Made by a program: the position numbers and the translations under genes. A model generated the notes under the pieces. That model was not told the DNA's origin and searched no databases. It saw only the letters and a list, made by a program, of their open reading frames with translations. DNA of 64,000 bases from a virus, in the IMG/VR virus record IMGVR_UViG_3300045747_000454, positions 52,034 through 116,033 of that record; one strand, given 5' to 3'. Shown here piece by piece: positions 18,940-29,078 of the stretch; the stretch's first letter is position 1; each line of letters starts with the position of its first letter.

Positions 18940-21897
18940 ATGACCAACTCAGAACTAGAACAGTTCTCGACTGCTATCGTCAATGCTATCAAGAAGTCTG
19001 GGCTTGCCGCTTAGGCGCCCCCCAAGCGGCAAGCCACTACTGAAGACCGCAAGGAGCAAGCCGAAAAGAAGCGTGGTGCTGGTGTCATCTTCTCGACGAC
19101 TACTTCGATCAAGAGCCTTGGGGCAACGGCTGACCTAGCCGCAGGTGCGCTTCGTGATCTTTCAAAGACCGCGCTGCGATCCATCATTGGCCTGTCTCAA
19201 TTCACCTCAGCGCTTGAGGACTCTTCAAAGAGGACAACGACTAAGGGCAGAATCGCTGGTCGGGTCGCGGCGAAGCCGGCCAAAGTATCGGCGGATGCTG
19301 CCATTGCACGTGCAATGGCATCACTCAAAGACCAGGAGCGTGCCGAAGAGCGTGAACGCAACGGGCGTGAGAGTCAGCGCATTTTGGCTGAACAAGCCAG
19401 AGCGCGAAAGGAAAAGGCTCGCCAAGACCGTGTTCAGAAGGCTCGCGTCACGCCAACTGGAAAGCCAGAGCGTTCAGAATTTGTCGGGCCAATCAAGCCA
19501 GAAGAAATCATTGATACCTCTGACAAGCTCAAGCCCATCGATCTCATCGACACAAAGAAGCAGCTTGAGTGGAAGACTGGTCCAGAGTTCATCATGGACA
19601 AATACCTTAAGCCGATTGCTGTCGACATCGACAAAAAGCTTAAGGCACGAACAGCAGCATTTGCGAAGTTCGAGGGAGATGAGGATCTAGCCAATGCTCG
19701 GCGTCGCGATGCAATTGATCACAACGTCCTGCAAATTGGCGCCTTCGCGACCAAGTCGATGGGCATTCTTTGGCGCACAACGCTTGATTCACTGAACATT
19801 ATGTTTGGCACGCTTGCACAGCGTGGCTACGGTACATCAGACTCATTCAGCACTCTTGCCGTGAACTCAGCACGCGCTGGCATGAGCATTCAAGAGTACA
19901 CAGAGATGATGGACAGCAGCATGGCTGTTGTCTCGCGCTCGTCAAGCTTCGCTGACTTCGACAGTAAGCTGAAAGTTGGAACTAACGCGCTGAAGGAGTT
20001 CGGCATTGCCGGACCAGAGGCGACCAAGGCCGTTGCTAGCTTGATGACATCATCGACGCAGCTTGGCATTCCACAGGACCAGCTGAAGGAGAGTATTGAA
20101 GCTCAGATGACGGCGTTCAGACAGCTGCAGAAGACTACTGGCATTACGATCACGGACTTCGCTCGACTGTCTGCCGAGGTTAGCTCGTATGAGTCGGTTC
20201 AGACGGAGCTTGCCGCCCTTGATCCGGCGCAGCGTGATGCTCGTCGTGCTGCGCTGACTCAGCAGTACGCGTACGCCAAGTCGCTTAACATCTCAGAGCG
20301 CGCTCAAGCTAGCTTCACACAAGCCATCATTGAGCAGCGCCGCTCAACAGTCAAGACTCGCTACAATCAAGCTGGTCGTCTGATGCAAGCCGGCGGTATG
20401 GTTGGCATGGGTGCTGATCAGATCGAAGAGATGCGTAAGCTCTCGCTCAATCGTTACAAGAGCGATGATGAGCAGAAGCGCTACATGGATTTACTTGGCA
20501 AGCTCGGCACTGGCATGGAGCAGGTTCAGCAGCAAGGTGGTCCAGGCTCGCAGTACCAGATGGACACAATGAAGGAGCTGCTTGACTCGAACGGCATGAC
20601 CTCGGCAATGGACGCCGCCATGGCTATCAAGCTTGGCAAGGAATCTGGAAAGACTGGCAATGCCGACATGTCGCGCAGCGTTAGCGAGCTCGATAAGAAT
20701 CTGTCTGGCTTGTTCACGTGGGTAAAGGGTTGGGGTGCTAACCCCATTGGCGCAGCTGCCATCTCTATAACGTCTGCTTTCGTCGCTCTCGCATCGTCAA
20801 TCAAATTCGGCCTCATTGAAGTGGCGCCGATGCTCGGCACGATAATTGGCGACAGAGCTGGAACAATCATTGCGCGAATGATGTCTGGGACGGCGCATGG
20901 CTTTGGGTCAGACTCTAAAAATCCTATCCCGTCTGATACTGGCTCAGACCCTACAAAGCCAAAGATGAGCAAGTGGGTCAAGGGTGCTGCTATTGCTGGC
21001 GGCGTTCTTGAAGCCGGCATGGCAGGCTATGGGGCCTACAGCACCTACTCAGACATGAACAAGAAGGAAGCTGAGGAGGGTGGTCCGACCAAGGAGACGA
21101 AGGAGAAGAAGGCTGAGGCTGTAGGCAATGGCGTGCTTGGTGGGCTTGGTGGTGTAGCTCTGGCAATAGCACCATTCCTCGGGCCGGCAGCGCCATTCGT
21201 AGCTGGATTCGGACTTGTCGCCTCAGCGCTCAATATGTTTGGCGCAGGCGGCGCCGTTGGCAAGCTGTTCGTCAGTAATGAGACGGCCGTCGAGAAGAAC
21301 ACTCGCGAGACAAACAAGCTGACCAAGGAGATGAACGAGGCTCGTGCGGCTCAAGCGAATGACGATAATGTCATGGACGCTTCAGCGCTGGCTGGGTTGC
21401 CAACTAGTGCAGTCAGAGCCGGCATTGCAGGTTCAATCGCTTCAGCAGATGAGGTTGCCAAGGCGCGACCAGTCGATCCTGCCGTCATAGCTCAGAACCT
21501 CAAGGACACACAAGACAATGTAAGCGAGATGCTGGAGGCGCAGGCTCGAGTCGATGCCGCGGCGGCCTATGGAAAGCCAACCAAGACAACGCCAACGTCG
21601 ATTGCCGGCTCATCTATCGCTCTGCCAACGAGCGTAGCACCAAATCGCGTCAATCCTACGACCGTAAATACAGCTACGGACGAGGCGGCAGAACGGAAGA
21701 CATCACAACTGCCAGCAGTGCTGAAGCGCGATGCTGTTGATCAGGTGGCGATTCTGCAGAAGCAGACTGACATTATGCAGCAGCACACAGATCTTATGCA
21801 GAAGAGCATTGATGCGACGAATGATCTTACTCGCACTCTTGCAACACGCTCAACTCAGCCAAGCACTGAAAACCTCTACCGTCGAGCTACTGGCTAA
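18940..21897 (+). CDS. probable tape-measure protein; frame starts at ATG 18940 and contains one in-frame TAG (19012-19014)
   Basis: The track ORF 19315..21897 is long, helical and Ala-rich with Gly-rich hydrophobic segments; 100 sense codons without ATG/GTG/TTG precede it in frame back to the TAG, then 24 codons to an ATG just after a late promoter. Confidence 0.65.
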
Positions 21898-21919
21898 CGA
21901 ATAACGCAGGACAATCACC

Positions 21920-23608
21920 TTGAGCACACTATCAAACTACTGGCGAATCATCACTCCGGCATCGCGCAAGCAGATGTACACGACGCTCGCCACCGACGCG
22001 TACGACCCGAGAACGACTGACGTCTCGTCGCTCTCGTCCGTGCAGTGGTACTCACAGGTTCTGCGTGGTCCTGGATCGCGCTCGCAGATGTACAAGCAGT
22101 ACGACGCGATGGACGGCGACATTGACATCTGCCGCAGCCTCGACATCATCGCCGAGGAAATGTCAGGCAAGAACGACAAGACCGACCTGCCCTTCGAGAT
22201 CAGCTACGAGAAGGAGGACAATCAAGATGTCTCCGACTCTACGGCAGTCACGCTCCGTCAGGCAGTTCGTCAGTGGTCAGAGCTGCAGGATTTGAAGCGT
22301 CGCATCTACACGATTGGTCGAACGATGATCAAGTACGGCGACTGCTTCTTTCAGAAGATGTCTGACACGAAGAAATGGAAGTACATCGACCCGTCGCTCG
22401 TCTACGGTATCGAGGTCAACGAGTTCGGCGACAAGATTGCCTATCACGTAAAGCGTCCGCACGCCGGCATGGGCAGCCCATTCGCTCCTCGTCAGGAGCA
22501 GCTCGACGTGATTCCGGCTGACGCCATGATTCACTTCACGATGTGCGACGACATGGGCGACTCCGCTCCGTTCGGTCAGTCGGTCCTTCGTCCAGTCTTT
22601 CGTGTCTATCGTCAGCTGGCGATGATCGAGGACGCCGTCATCATCTACCGTATCGTTCGCGCTCCAGAGCGCCGCGTCTTCTACGTCGACACCGGCAACA
22701 TGCCACCACAGCGCGTCAAGCTGTACCTCGAGCAGATCAAGAACGAGATTCGTCAGAAGCGCTCGCCAACCTCGAATCAAGGCGGCAAGGACACCGTTGA
22801 CGGTGCCTACGACCCGATGTCGATTCAGGAGGACATGTTCTTCCCTGTCAACGCTGCTGGTCGTAGCTCACGCGTTGAAACTCTGCCAGGCGGCACCGAA
22901 GACTTCGGCACGAACCTGCTCAAGTACTTTCAGGACAAGGTTTTCCGTGGTCTGCGCATTCCAACCTCCTACATGTCAGGCGGCGACGGGCAGGGCGCTC
23001 AGTACAACGACGGCAAGGTCGGCATCGCGTACATCGAAGAAATGCGCTTCGCCAACTTCGTCATGCGTCTTCAGGATCGTCTTGAGGAGCACTTTGACAG
23101 CGAGTTTAAGACCTATCTGAAGGTCGTCGGTCTGAAGATCGACGAGGAGATCTTCAAGCTCAAGCTGCCTGATCCATCTAACTTTGCGCTGTATCGTCAG
23201 GCTGCGCTCGACGCCGACCTGATTGGCTCGTTCAACAACATCGAAGCGACGAAGTATCTGTCGCGTCGCTTCATTCTCAAGCGCTACCTTGGTCTTAACG
23301 ACGACGAGATTCAGATGAACGAGGTCATGATCAAGGAAGAGCGTGGCATCACCGAAGCATCAGACATTCCGTCCATTCAGCAGATCTATGACCCAACGGT
23401 CTACGAGAACCGTGAGAGCCGGACCGTTGATGCTGGTGAGGGTGAAATCGCTGGTGGTCTGGGCGGCGAGGAGGACATTGGCATGGAGCCAGGCGGCTTC
23501 ATGCCTGACCCAATGGCAGGCGGCGATCTAGGTGCTGAAGAACCATTGGCTCCTGAAGCTCCAGCCCCAGCAGGCGGCGCGGAACCGGCCGCAGAACCAG
23601 CGGTTTAA
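21920..23608 (+). CDS. portal vertex protein, T4 gp20-like
   Basis: EDAVIIYRIVRAPERRVFYVDTGNMP, EDMFFP, VETLPGG, LRIP.S. Confidence 0.96.
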   Translation: MSTLSNYWRIITPASRKQMYTTLATDAYDPRTTDVSSLSSVQWYSQVLRGPGSRSQMYKQYDAMDGDIDICRSLDIIAEEMSGKNDKTDLPFEISYEKEDNQDVSDSTAVTLRQAVRQWSELQDLKRRIYTIGRTMIKYGDCFFQKMSDTKKWKYIDPSLVYGIEVNEFGDKIAYHVKRPHAGMGSPFAPRQEQLDVIPADAMIHFTMCDDMGDSAPFGQSVLRPVFRVYRQLAMIEDAVIIYRIVRAPERRVFYVDTGNMPPQRVKLYLEQIKNEIRQKRSPTSNQGGKDTVDGAYDPMSIQEDMFFPVNAAGRSSRVETLPGGTEDFGTNLLKYFQDKVFRGLRIPTSYMSGGDGQGAQYNDGKVGIAYIEEMRFANFVMRLQDRLEEHFDSEFKTYLKVVGLKIDEEIFKLKLPDPSNFALYRQAALDADLIGSFNNIEATKYLSRRFILKRYLGLNDDEIQMNEVMIKEERGITEASDIPSIQQIYDPTVYENRESRTVDAGEGEIAGGLGGEEDIGMEPGGFMPDPMAGGDLGAEEPLAPEAPAPAGGAEPAAEPAV

Positions 23609-23609
23609 G

Positions 23610-23626
23610 TAAATAGGTTCATCACA
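23610..23626 (+). promoter_or_regulatory. late promoter with extended motif TAAATAGGTTCATCACA
   Basis: Near-identical copies at 50227 and 50927. Confidence 0.75.
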
Positions 23627-23642
23627 TTCGAAAGGCTTCATC

Positions 23643-24251
23643 ATGAAAATTCTATCAGAACACCTTGCACCAGCGCAGTCGAAGCTTACCGAAATGCGCC
23701 GCGGCAACGACCTCTACCTGTCTGGCATCATGATGCAGGCTGCGCTGAAGAACGGCAACGGCCGTTGCTACCCGCTCGAAGAGATCTCGAAGGCCGTTGA
23801 GACGGCAAAAACTCGCATCAGCGAGGGCAACTACATCTGCGGTGAGCTCAATCACCCAGACGTGCTGTCGATCAATCTCGCCAACGTCTCGCACGCCATC
23901 GTCGAAGCCAGCATGTCTGGCAATGACGCCATCGGCAAGATGAAGCTCCTCAACACACCGTCTGGCAACATCGCCAAGGGTCTGATCGAAGGTGGCGTTC
24001 GTCTCGGCGTGTCGTCACGCGGCACCGGCAACGTGAACGAAGGCGGCAACGTCTCTGACTTCTCGTTCGTCACCGTCGACATCGTCTATCAGCCATCGGC
24101 ACCAGGCGCCTACCCGAACGTCGTTCACGAAGCGATGGGTTCGAAGAAGGTGATGACCCTCGCCGAAGCCATGGTCCACGATCCGAAGGCGCAGAAGCAC
24201 TTCGCCAAGGAAATCAAGACGTTCCTCGAAGCCCTCAAGCTGAACAAGTAA
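23643..24251 (+). CDS. prohead core protease, T4 gp21-like
   Basis: N.NGR.YP, GELNHP, VSH, TPSG.I, GVSSRG.G, D.V.QPSAP.AY. Confidence 0.95.
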   Translation: MKILSEHLAPAQSKLTEMRRGNDLYLSGIMMQAALKNGNGRCYPLEEISKAVETAKTRISEGNYICGELNHPDVLSINLANVSHAIVEASMSGNDAIGKMKLLNTPSGNIAKGLIEGGVRLGVSSRGTGNVNEGGNVSDFSFVTVDIVYQPSAPGAYPNVVHEAMGSKKVMTLAEAMVHDPKAQKHFAKEIKTFLEALKLNK

Positions 24252-24254
24252 GCC

Positions 24255-24524
24255 ATGGAACACTCACGTCTCCTCCACCTCGCTGGCGTTCCACTCACGG
24301 AAGCCAAGGCCTCATCGCTCAACGACACAGAAAAGAAGTTCGCCGCAGCCGTGCGCGAGTACTTTCTGAACACGCTGAAGGACCGCATCGGCAATCCAGA
24401 CAACGGCTCCGACGTGCTCGTACAGTTTGAAGACGAGTGGGGCGACCTGCCACACGCCGTTGACTTCGTCGTTCGCAGCGTGATGAAGTCTGAAAAGGCC
24501 AGCGTTCGCAAAGAACTCAAATAA
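24255..24524 (+). CDS. small prohead-core-associated protein (N-terminus SRLLHLAGVPLTE)
   Basis: Head operon context; N-terminus paralogous to the next gene. Confidence 0.7.
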   Translation: MEHSRLLHLAGVPLTEAKASSLNDTEKKFAAAVREYFLNTLKDRIGNPDNGSDVLVQFEDEWGDLPHAVDFVVRSVMKSEKASVRKELK

Positions 24525-24542
24525 TCCTAACTAGGAATCATC

Positions 24543-24839
24543 ATGAACCAATCCCGCCTCCTCCACCTCGCTGGCATTCTCACTGAAGCCAAGAAGCCAC
24601 CGATGGACGTGCCAGACATGGACGGCGATGCTGATGACGCACCCGTCGCCAAGAAGGCACCAAAGGGCGACAAGGCTGCTCCAGCCAGCGACGCACCGCC
24701 GACCAAGGCTGAGATCATTCAGCAGATCTGCGATGACACTGGCCTCGAAGAAACCCTCGAGGGCAAGGACTGGAAGAAGGCCTGCAGCGCCATCAAGAAG
24801 GCGTTCGACGCTGGTGTGAAGAGCTGCTCAGCAAAGTGA
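24543..24839 (+). CDS. small prohead-core-associated protein (N-terminus SRLLHLAGILTE)
   Basis: AGGA RBS; paralogous N-terminus. Confidence 0.7.
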   Translation: MNQSRLLHLAGILTEAKKPPMDVPDMDGDADDAPVAKKAPKGDKAAPASDAPPTKAEIIQQICDDTGLEETLEGKDWKKACSAIKKAFDAGVKSCSAK

Positions 24840-24910
24840 GACGAACCTGTGAAAAGTTGGCATCCCTTGAACCATAAATAAGGTTGCCAACACTCAACAG
24901 GAGAGCACCT

Positions 24911-25111
24911 ATGTCAGAGCACGCCGAAACACTCAAGTCCATGCTGCAAAGCATCATCAACAATCGTGAAGAGGACGCCGCCGTTCAGATTCACGACTAC
25001 TTCGTCGCGAAGACTCGCGAGGTCGCAGGTCTTCAGACTCAAGCACCGACCGACTACTCGGACGTCGAAGAGCTTGAGGACGTCGTCGACGCCGATGCCA
25101 CCGACGACTAA
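24911..25111 (+). CDS. small acidic prohead core protein (gp67/gp68-like), putative
   Basis: TAAATA at 24875-24880, AGGAG RBS, ATG 24911; acidic tail; lies between protease and scaffold. Confidence 0.6.
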   Translation: MSEHAETLKSMLQSIINNREEDAAVQIHDYFVAKTREVAGLQTQAPTDYSDVEELEDVVDADATDD

Positions 25112-25133
25112 AAGCCTCACAGGCTTATGTCAG

Positions 25134-25169
25134 GCGGCGGAAAATCAGCGAGATTTCCGCCGCATTTTT
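25134..25169 (+). terminator. Rho-independent terminator
   Basis: GCGGCGGAAAATC..GATTTCCGCCGC followed by ATTTTT; the next TAAATA is at 25182-25187. Confidence 0.7.
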
Positions 25170-25294
25170 CTGCAACCTCGCTAAATAGGATGTGCGCTTA
25201 AGGTTCGGGTCCAAAGACCTTGAACTTCGCGAAATCAAAAGAGTAGGACTTGTCAAGTCGACAGCCTGCGTTCCCGTAACACAAGGAGAAACCA

Positions 25295-26182
25295 ATGGAT
25301 GAAATCCTGAATAAGTTGCTTCAGTCTGAGCTGCTCAGCGAAGACACGAAGGCTGAAATCTCCGAGCAGTGGACGGCATCTGTCGAAGCTTACAAGACGC
25401 AAGTGCGTGAGGAAGTTTCCGGCCAGGTCCGTCTCGAGCTCGCAGAACAGTGGACCCAAGAGCGTGATGAACTCATCGCCAAGGTCGACACCTTCGTCTC
25501 TGAAGCGCTGGTCAACGAGCTCAAGGAACTGCACGGCGACATCAGCCGCTTCCGCGACCTCGAAGCCGAACTGGCCGAGAAGCTGGTCGAAGAGAAGCAC
25601 GCCCTCGCTGAGCAAGTCGCTGAAGAGCTCGATGCTCTCGTCGACAAGATCGACGCCTTCTTCGAGATGCGCCTGAGCGCTGAGCTGGAAGAGCTGAAGG
25701 AAGACCTCGACGTGGTCAAGCAGAACGAGTTCGGTCGCAAGATCTTCGAAGCGTTCGCCAAGACCTACGGTGAGTCCTACGTGGACGAAGATGCCGTTCA
25801 GTCGAAGCTGGCCATCGCTGAAGCCAAGCTGGCCGATGTCGAGTCCACCCTCGTCGAGCGCGAAGCCAAGATCAATCGCATGGTCCGCGAAGCCAAGATG
25901 GAAGAGATCCTCTCTCCGCTGTCTGGCAAGAAGCGCGAGCAGATGGCGATGATTCTCAAGAACGTTGACACCAGCCGCCTTGAAGAGTCGTACAAGTATT
26001 TCATCGGTCGTGTGCTGAAGGAAGACGAAACGTCAACCGCCAAGCCGCTGACTGAAGGTGCTACTGGCACCGCAAAGACTACTGTCGTCACTGGCGAGCC
26101 AGCCAAGACGATCGTGGAATCCGCACAAGGATCCAAGGGTTCCAACCTGGACAATCTGCGTCGCCTCGCGGGTATTCGTTAA
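25295..26182 (+). CDS. prohead scaffold (core) protein, gp22-like
   Basis: Acidic coiled coil directly upstream of the major capsid gene; LSEDTK..I...W; FGRKIFEAF; LTE/IVE candidate cleavage sites; C-terminal LRRLAGI. Confidence 0.88.
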   Translation: MDEILNKLLQSELLSEDTKAEISEQWTASVEAYKTQVREEVSGQVRLELAEQWTQERDELIAKVDTFVSEALVNELKELHGDISRFRDLEAELAEKLVEEKHALAEQVAEELDALVDKIDAFFEMRLSAELEELKEDLDVVKQNEFGRKIFEAFAKTYGESYVDEDAVQSKLAIAEAKLADVESTLVEREAKINRMVREAKMEEILSPLSGKKREQMAMILKNVDTSRLEESYKYFIGRVLKEDETSTAKPLTEGATGTAKTTVVTGEPAKTIVESAQGSKGSNLDNLRRLAGIR

Positions 26183-26209
26183 TCCTGCCAAACCAAAGGA
26201 GAAAATCTC

Positions 26210-27562
26210 ATGCAATTGATTGAAAACTGGCAAGAAACCAAAGAGGCGCTGCTCGAAGGCCTTCAAGGTTCCAAGAAGTCCGTCATGGACACCCTGCTCG
26301 AAAATCAGAAGAACTATCTGATCGAAACAGCAGGCCCACAAGCTGTCGCCACCGGCGCCATCAGCAACTTCCAGAAGATCACCATTCCGATGATCCGACG
26401 TATCCTCCCAGGTACGATCTCTTCGGACCTGGTTGGTCAACAGCCAATGGCTGGCCCAGTCGGCCTGGTGTACTCGCTGCGCTTCGCCTACGGTGAAGAC
26501 GCGACGACTCCGACGACCGGTACTGACATCACTGCTGGCGACGAAATCTACAGCAACAACGTCTCGAAGTTCAAGCGCTTCTACTCGACGCAAGTCGGCG
26601 GCACCACTGGCTACCCGCCAGTCGGCACCACGACCTCTGACGGTCACCCAGTCCCGAACGTTGACACCCGTCCTGACGCTTCGATCACCAACACGACCGG
26701 CACGTTCAATCCGATGGACAACACGTCGGCCGGTATGGAAGGCTTCGGCGGTCGCTCGCTGCGCCTCGCTGTTCTGAAGCAGACGATCACGGCCGGTTCA
26801 CGCAAGCTGCAAGCTCGCTGGACCATGGAAGCTGCTCAAGACCTGAACAGCCAGCACGGCATGGACCTCGAGTCCGAGCTGACCGCTGCTCTGTCCACCC
26901 AGATCGCTCATGAAATCGACAACGAAATCCTGACCGACCTGATGGGTCTCGCTTCGACCGTCGCTACGTTCGACTTCGCTGCAATCCCGGCTGGCATCAC
27001 CGCCAACTACCTCGGCGACCGCTACGCCCACCTCGGCATCCTCATCAACAAGATGGCGAACGAGATCGGTGTCAAGACCCGTCGTGGCCCAGCAAACTGG
27101 CTCGTCGGTGGTCACCTGATCACTTCGATGCTGCAGTCCGCTGCCAAGTCGGTGTTCGCCCCGGCCGTTCAAGGCTCGTTCGCTGACCCGATCGGCAACA
27201 AGCTGGTCGGCACGCTGAATGGCTCGATCAAGGTCTACGCATACAACTGGGGTCTCCAAGACGCCTGGCAGATGTCGTCGACTGGCTCGCCAACCGGCAT
27301 GGTCAACGCCATGGGTACCGTCGGTGAAGAAGTTCTGCTCGGCTTCAAGGGCGGTTCGTCCGAACTTGACACTGGCTACTTCTACTGCCCGTACATCCCG
27401 CTGATGAGCACTGGTGTGGTCATGGACGCCAACACGTTCAGCCCAGCCGTCTCGCTCATGACGCGCTACGGCAAGTGCACGTTCCTGAACACGAACACGT
27501 CGCTCGGGAACTCAGCAGATTACTACGCCAGAATTTTGGTCAAGAACGTCAGTTTTTCCTGA
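26210..27562 (+). CDS. major capsid protein, T4 gp23-like
   Basis: LLENQ, IPMIRR, QPMAGPVGLVYSLR, SRKLQARWTMEAAQDL...HG.D.E.EL, TRRG.AN, FYCPYIPL, MTRYG. Confidence 0.97.
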   Translation: MQLIENWQETKEALLEGLQGSKKSVMDTLLENQKNYLIETAGPQAVATGAISNFQKITIPMIRRILPGTISSDLVGQQPMAGPVGLVYSLRFAYGEDATTPTTGTDITAGDEIYSNNVSKFKRFYSTQVGGTTGYPPVGTTTSDGHPVPNVDTRPDASITNTTGTFNPMDNTSAGMEGFGGRSLRLAVLKQTITAGSRKLQARWTMEAAQDLNSQHGMDLESELTAALSTQIAHEIDNEILTDLMGLASTVATFDFAAIPAGITANYLGDRYAHLGILINKMANEIGVKTRRGPANWLVGGHLITSMLQSAAKSVFAPAVQGSFADPIGNKLVGTLNGSIKVYAYNWGLQDAWQMSSTGSPTGMVNAMGTVGEEVLLGFKGGSSELDTGYFYCPYIPLMSTGVVMDANTFSPAVSLMTRYGKCTFLNTNTSLGNSADYYARILVKNVSFS

Positions 27563-27597
27563 GATCAAGCGCACGGTGCGACGCAAGTCGCACTACC

Positions 27598-28215
27598 TCA
27601 AGAGGGCTCCTTCGGGAGCCCTTTTTGTTTATACTGACGCCCACGGTACCAACCTTCGCCTGGACACTCGCGCCCCGCCTTGGTGATTACACCGTTGGTC
27701 CACCAGAAGGTCCCAGATCTGATGGCGACAAGTTTCGCCTTACATTCATCAGACTTAGGGATGCCTTTGTGCCCTTCTGAAATAGCCTTGCACTGCGCCT
27801 CGCTGAGTTTTCTGCCTGTCATCGTCTTGACTTGCCTCGCAATTGATTCAGGCTTCTTTGGCTTCCCCTTCTGAGAAGCGCTCATACGCAACTTCGTCTC
27901 TTCACTGTGTTTGCGCCCCTGCATAGTTGGCACATTGTCAATGGTCTTGTTCAGAAACAGCGGGTTGACATCCGCCTTCATTCGCTTCAGGACTTTGTGT
28001 TCCCAATCACGCGCCTTCGCTGGCTCTACAAATGTCTGGCGTATCTGAATGACAGATGGCTCACCGTGTTCTTGTCTGAACAACTTGACATACTTAGATG
28101 ATGTGAAGTACTTTGTCCAAAGGTCTGATGGGTCGCAGTTCGGGCGCCAGCGAACCCCGTAGTACCACGTGTTGTGTTCGGGCCAGCCAATCAAGTATGT
28201 GTAGGGTGTTGTCAT
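27598..28215 (-). mobile_element. free-standing GIY-YIG (Seg-like) homing endonuclease with NUMOD3 repeats
   Basis: YTYLIGW...WYYGVR..YFTSSK..WEHKVL..FLNK; HSEETKLRMS-type repeats; lower GC; late TAAATA at 28242-28247. Confidence 0.85.
27603..27626 (+). terminator. Rho-independent terminator after the capsid gene
   Basis: AGGGCTCC-TTCG-GGAGCCCT-TTTT; preceded by a second hairpin GTGCGAC-GCAA-GTCGCAC at 27576-27593. Confidence 0.9.
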
Positions 28216-28348
28216 AGGGTTTCCTAAAGTTCCAAACGTTCTATTTATCTAATCGGACAGGCGAAAACTGCCGGTGCCAGAACCTGACCTTAGGTCGCGC
28301 GGCACCGCCGACAGAATACAATAGGAACTTCTAGTTAAAGGAGAGTTC

Positions 28349-28582
28349 ATGCGCGTTGACATCGAATCAATAATTCTGGAGTGTGCCGAAACGGTCTCAC
28401 ACTTCCTTGGCGACCCGTCGCTGCAGGACAGCTTCGCCACCATGTGCTTCGACAGCCTCGACATGGTTGACTTCGTGATGGAGGTCGAGGACGCCTTTGA
28501 CCTCGAGATCGACGATGACGCTGCCATGAGCTGGGTCACGCTGCAGGACACGGTTGACTATGTCAAGAGCGTGCTGACATGA
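28349..28582 (+). CDS. acyl carrier protein 1
   Basis: FDSLDMVDFVMEVEDAFDLEIDDD...T..D.VDY; phosphopantetheine Ser intact; AAGGAG RBS. Confidence 0.85.
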   Translation: MRVDIESIILECAETVSHFLGDPSLQDSFATMCFDSLDMVDFVMEVEDAFDLEIDDDAAMSWVTLQDTVDYVKSVLT

Positions 28583-28809
28583 GCGTCAAACAACGAGTAG
28601 AAGAGCTCCTCGCCAAGCTTGGCGATTGGGAGCTAACGAGCCTCAGCGACGACGCGAACATTTTCCTTGACCTAGGCTTCGATAGTCTTGATTCAATCTC
28701 TATGGTGATGGATGCCGAAGAGTGTTTCGAAATCGAGATTCTCGATGAAGAAGCCGGCAAGATTCAAACAGTCGGCGACCTCGTTCGCCTGATTGAAAGC
28801 AAGCTATGA
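28579..28809 (+). CDS. acyl carrier protein 2
   Basis: DLGFDSLDSISMVMDAEECFEIEILDEEAGKIQTVGDLV is a canonical ACP pattern. Confidence 0.9.
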   Translation: MSVKQRVEELLAKLGDWELTSLSDDANIFLDLGFDSLDSISMVMDAEECFEIEILDEEAGKIQTVGDLVRLIESKL

Positions 28810-29078
28810 GCGATCCACTTCGCGACCTTCTCGACGAGCAAGCAGCCATTCGCGCAGAGGCAACGGTTGTTGAGCTGCGCGCCGCTGGCATTCGCAAGCG
28901 CCAGTCAGCAGTGCTCGACAAGATTCGTGCCATCTGTCCGCACGAGACGACGAAGGAAACCTCGAGCTACTACTCAGGTTCCTACTACGACAAGGCTTCG
29001 ACGGTCTATCAGGTCCACTGCACGGTGTGCGGACTGAAGGTCGACGAGCACACGGTGATGCACTGCTACTACGGCTGA
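28806..29078 (+). CDS. small putative zinc-binding protein
   Basis: CPH...CTVCG; ATGA overlap. Confidence 0.6.
   Translation: MSDPLRDLLDEQAAIRAEATVVELRAAGIRKRQSAVLDKIRAICPHETTKETSSYYSGSYYDKASTVYQVHCTVCGLKVDEHTVMHCYYG

Noticed and set aside
27563-28260. Group I intron or intein associated with the endonucleases
   Set aside because: The flanking capsid, neck and sigma genes are intact, and no splicing motifs were recognised; the endonucleases are free-standing
28272-28307. Nested inverted repeats (CGGTGCC..GGCACCG) and the structured gp22 leader (about 25200-25230) as possible tRNA or ncRNA
   Set aside because: They are too short, with no cloverleaf, T-loop or recognisable riboswitch features
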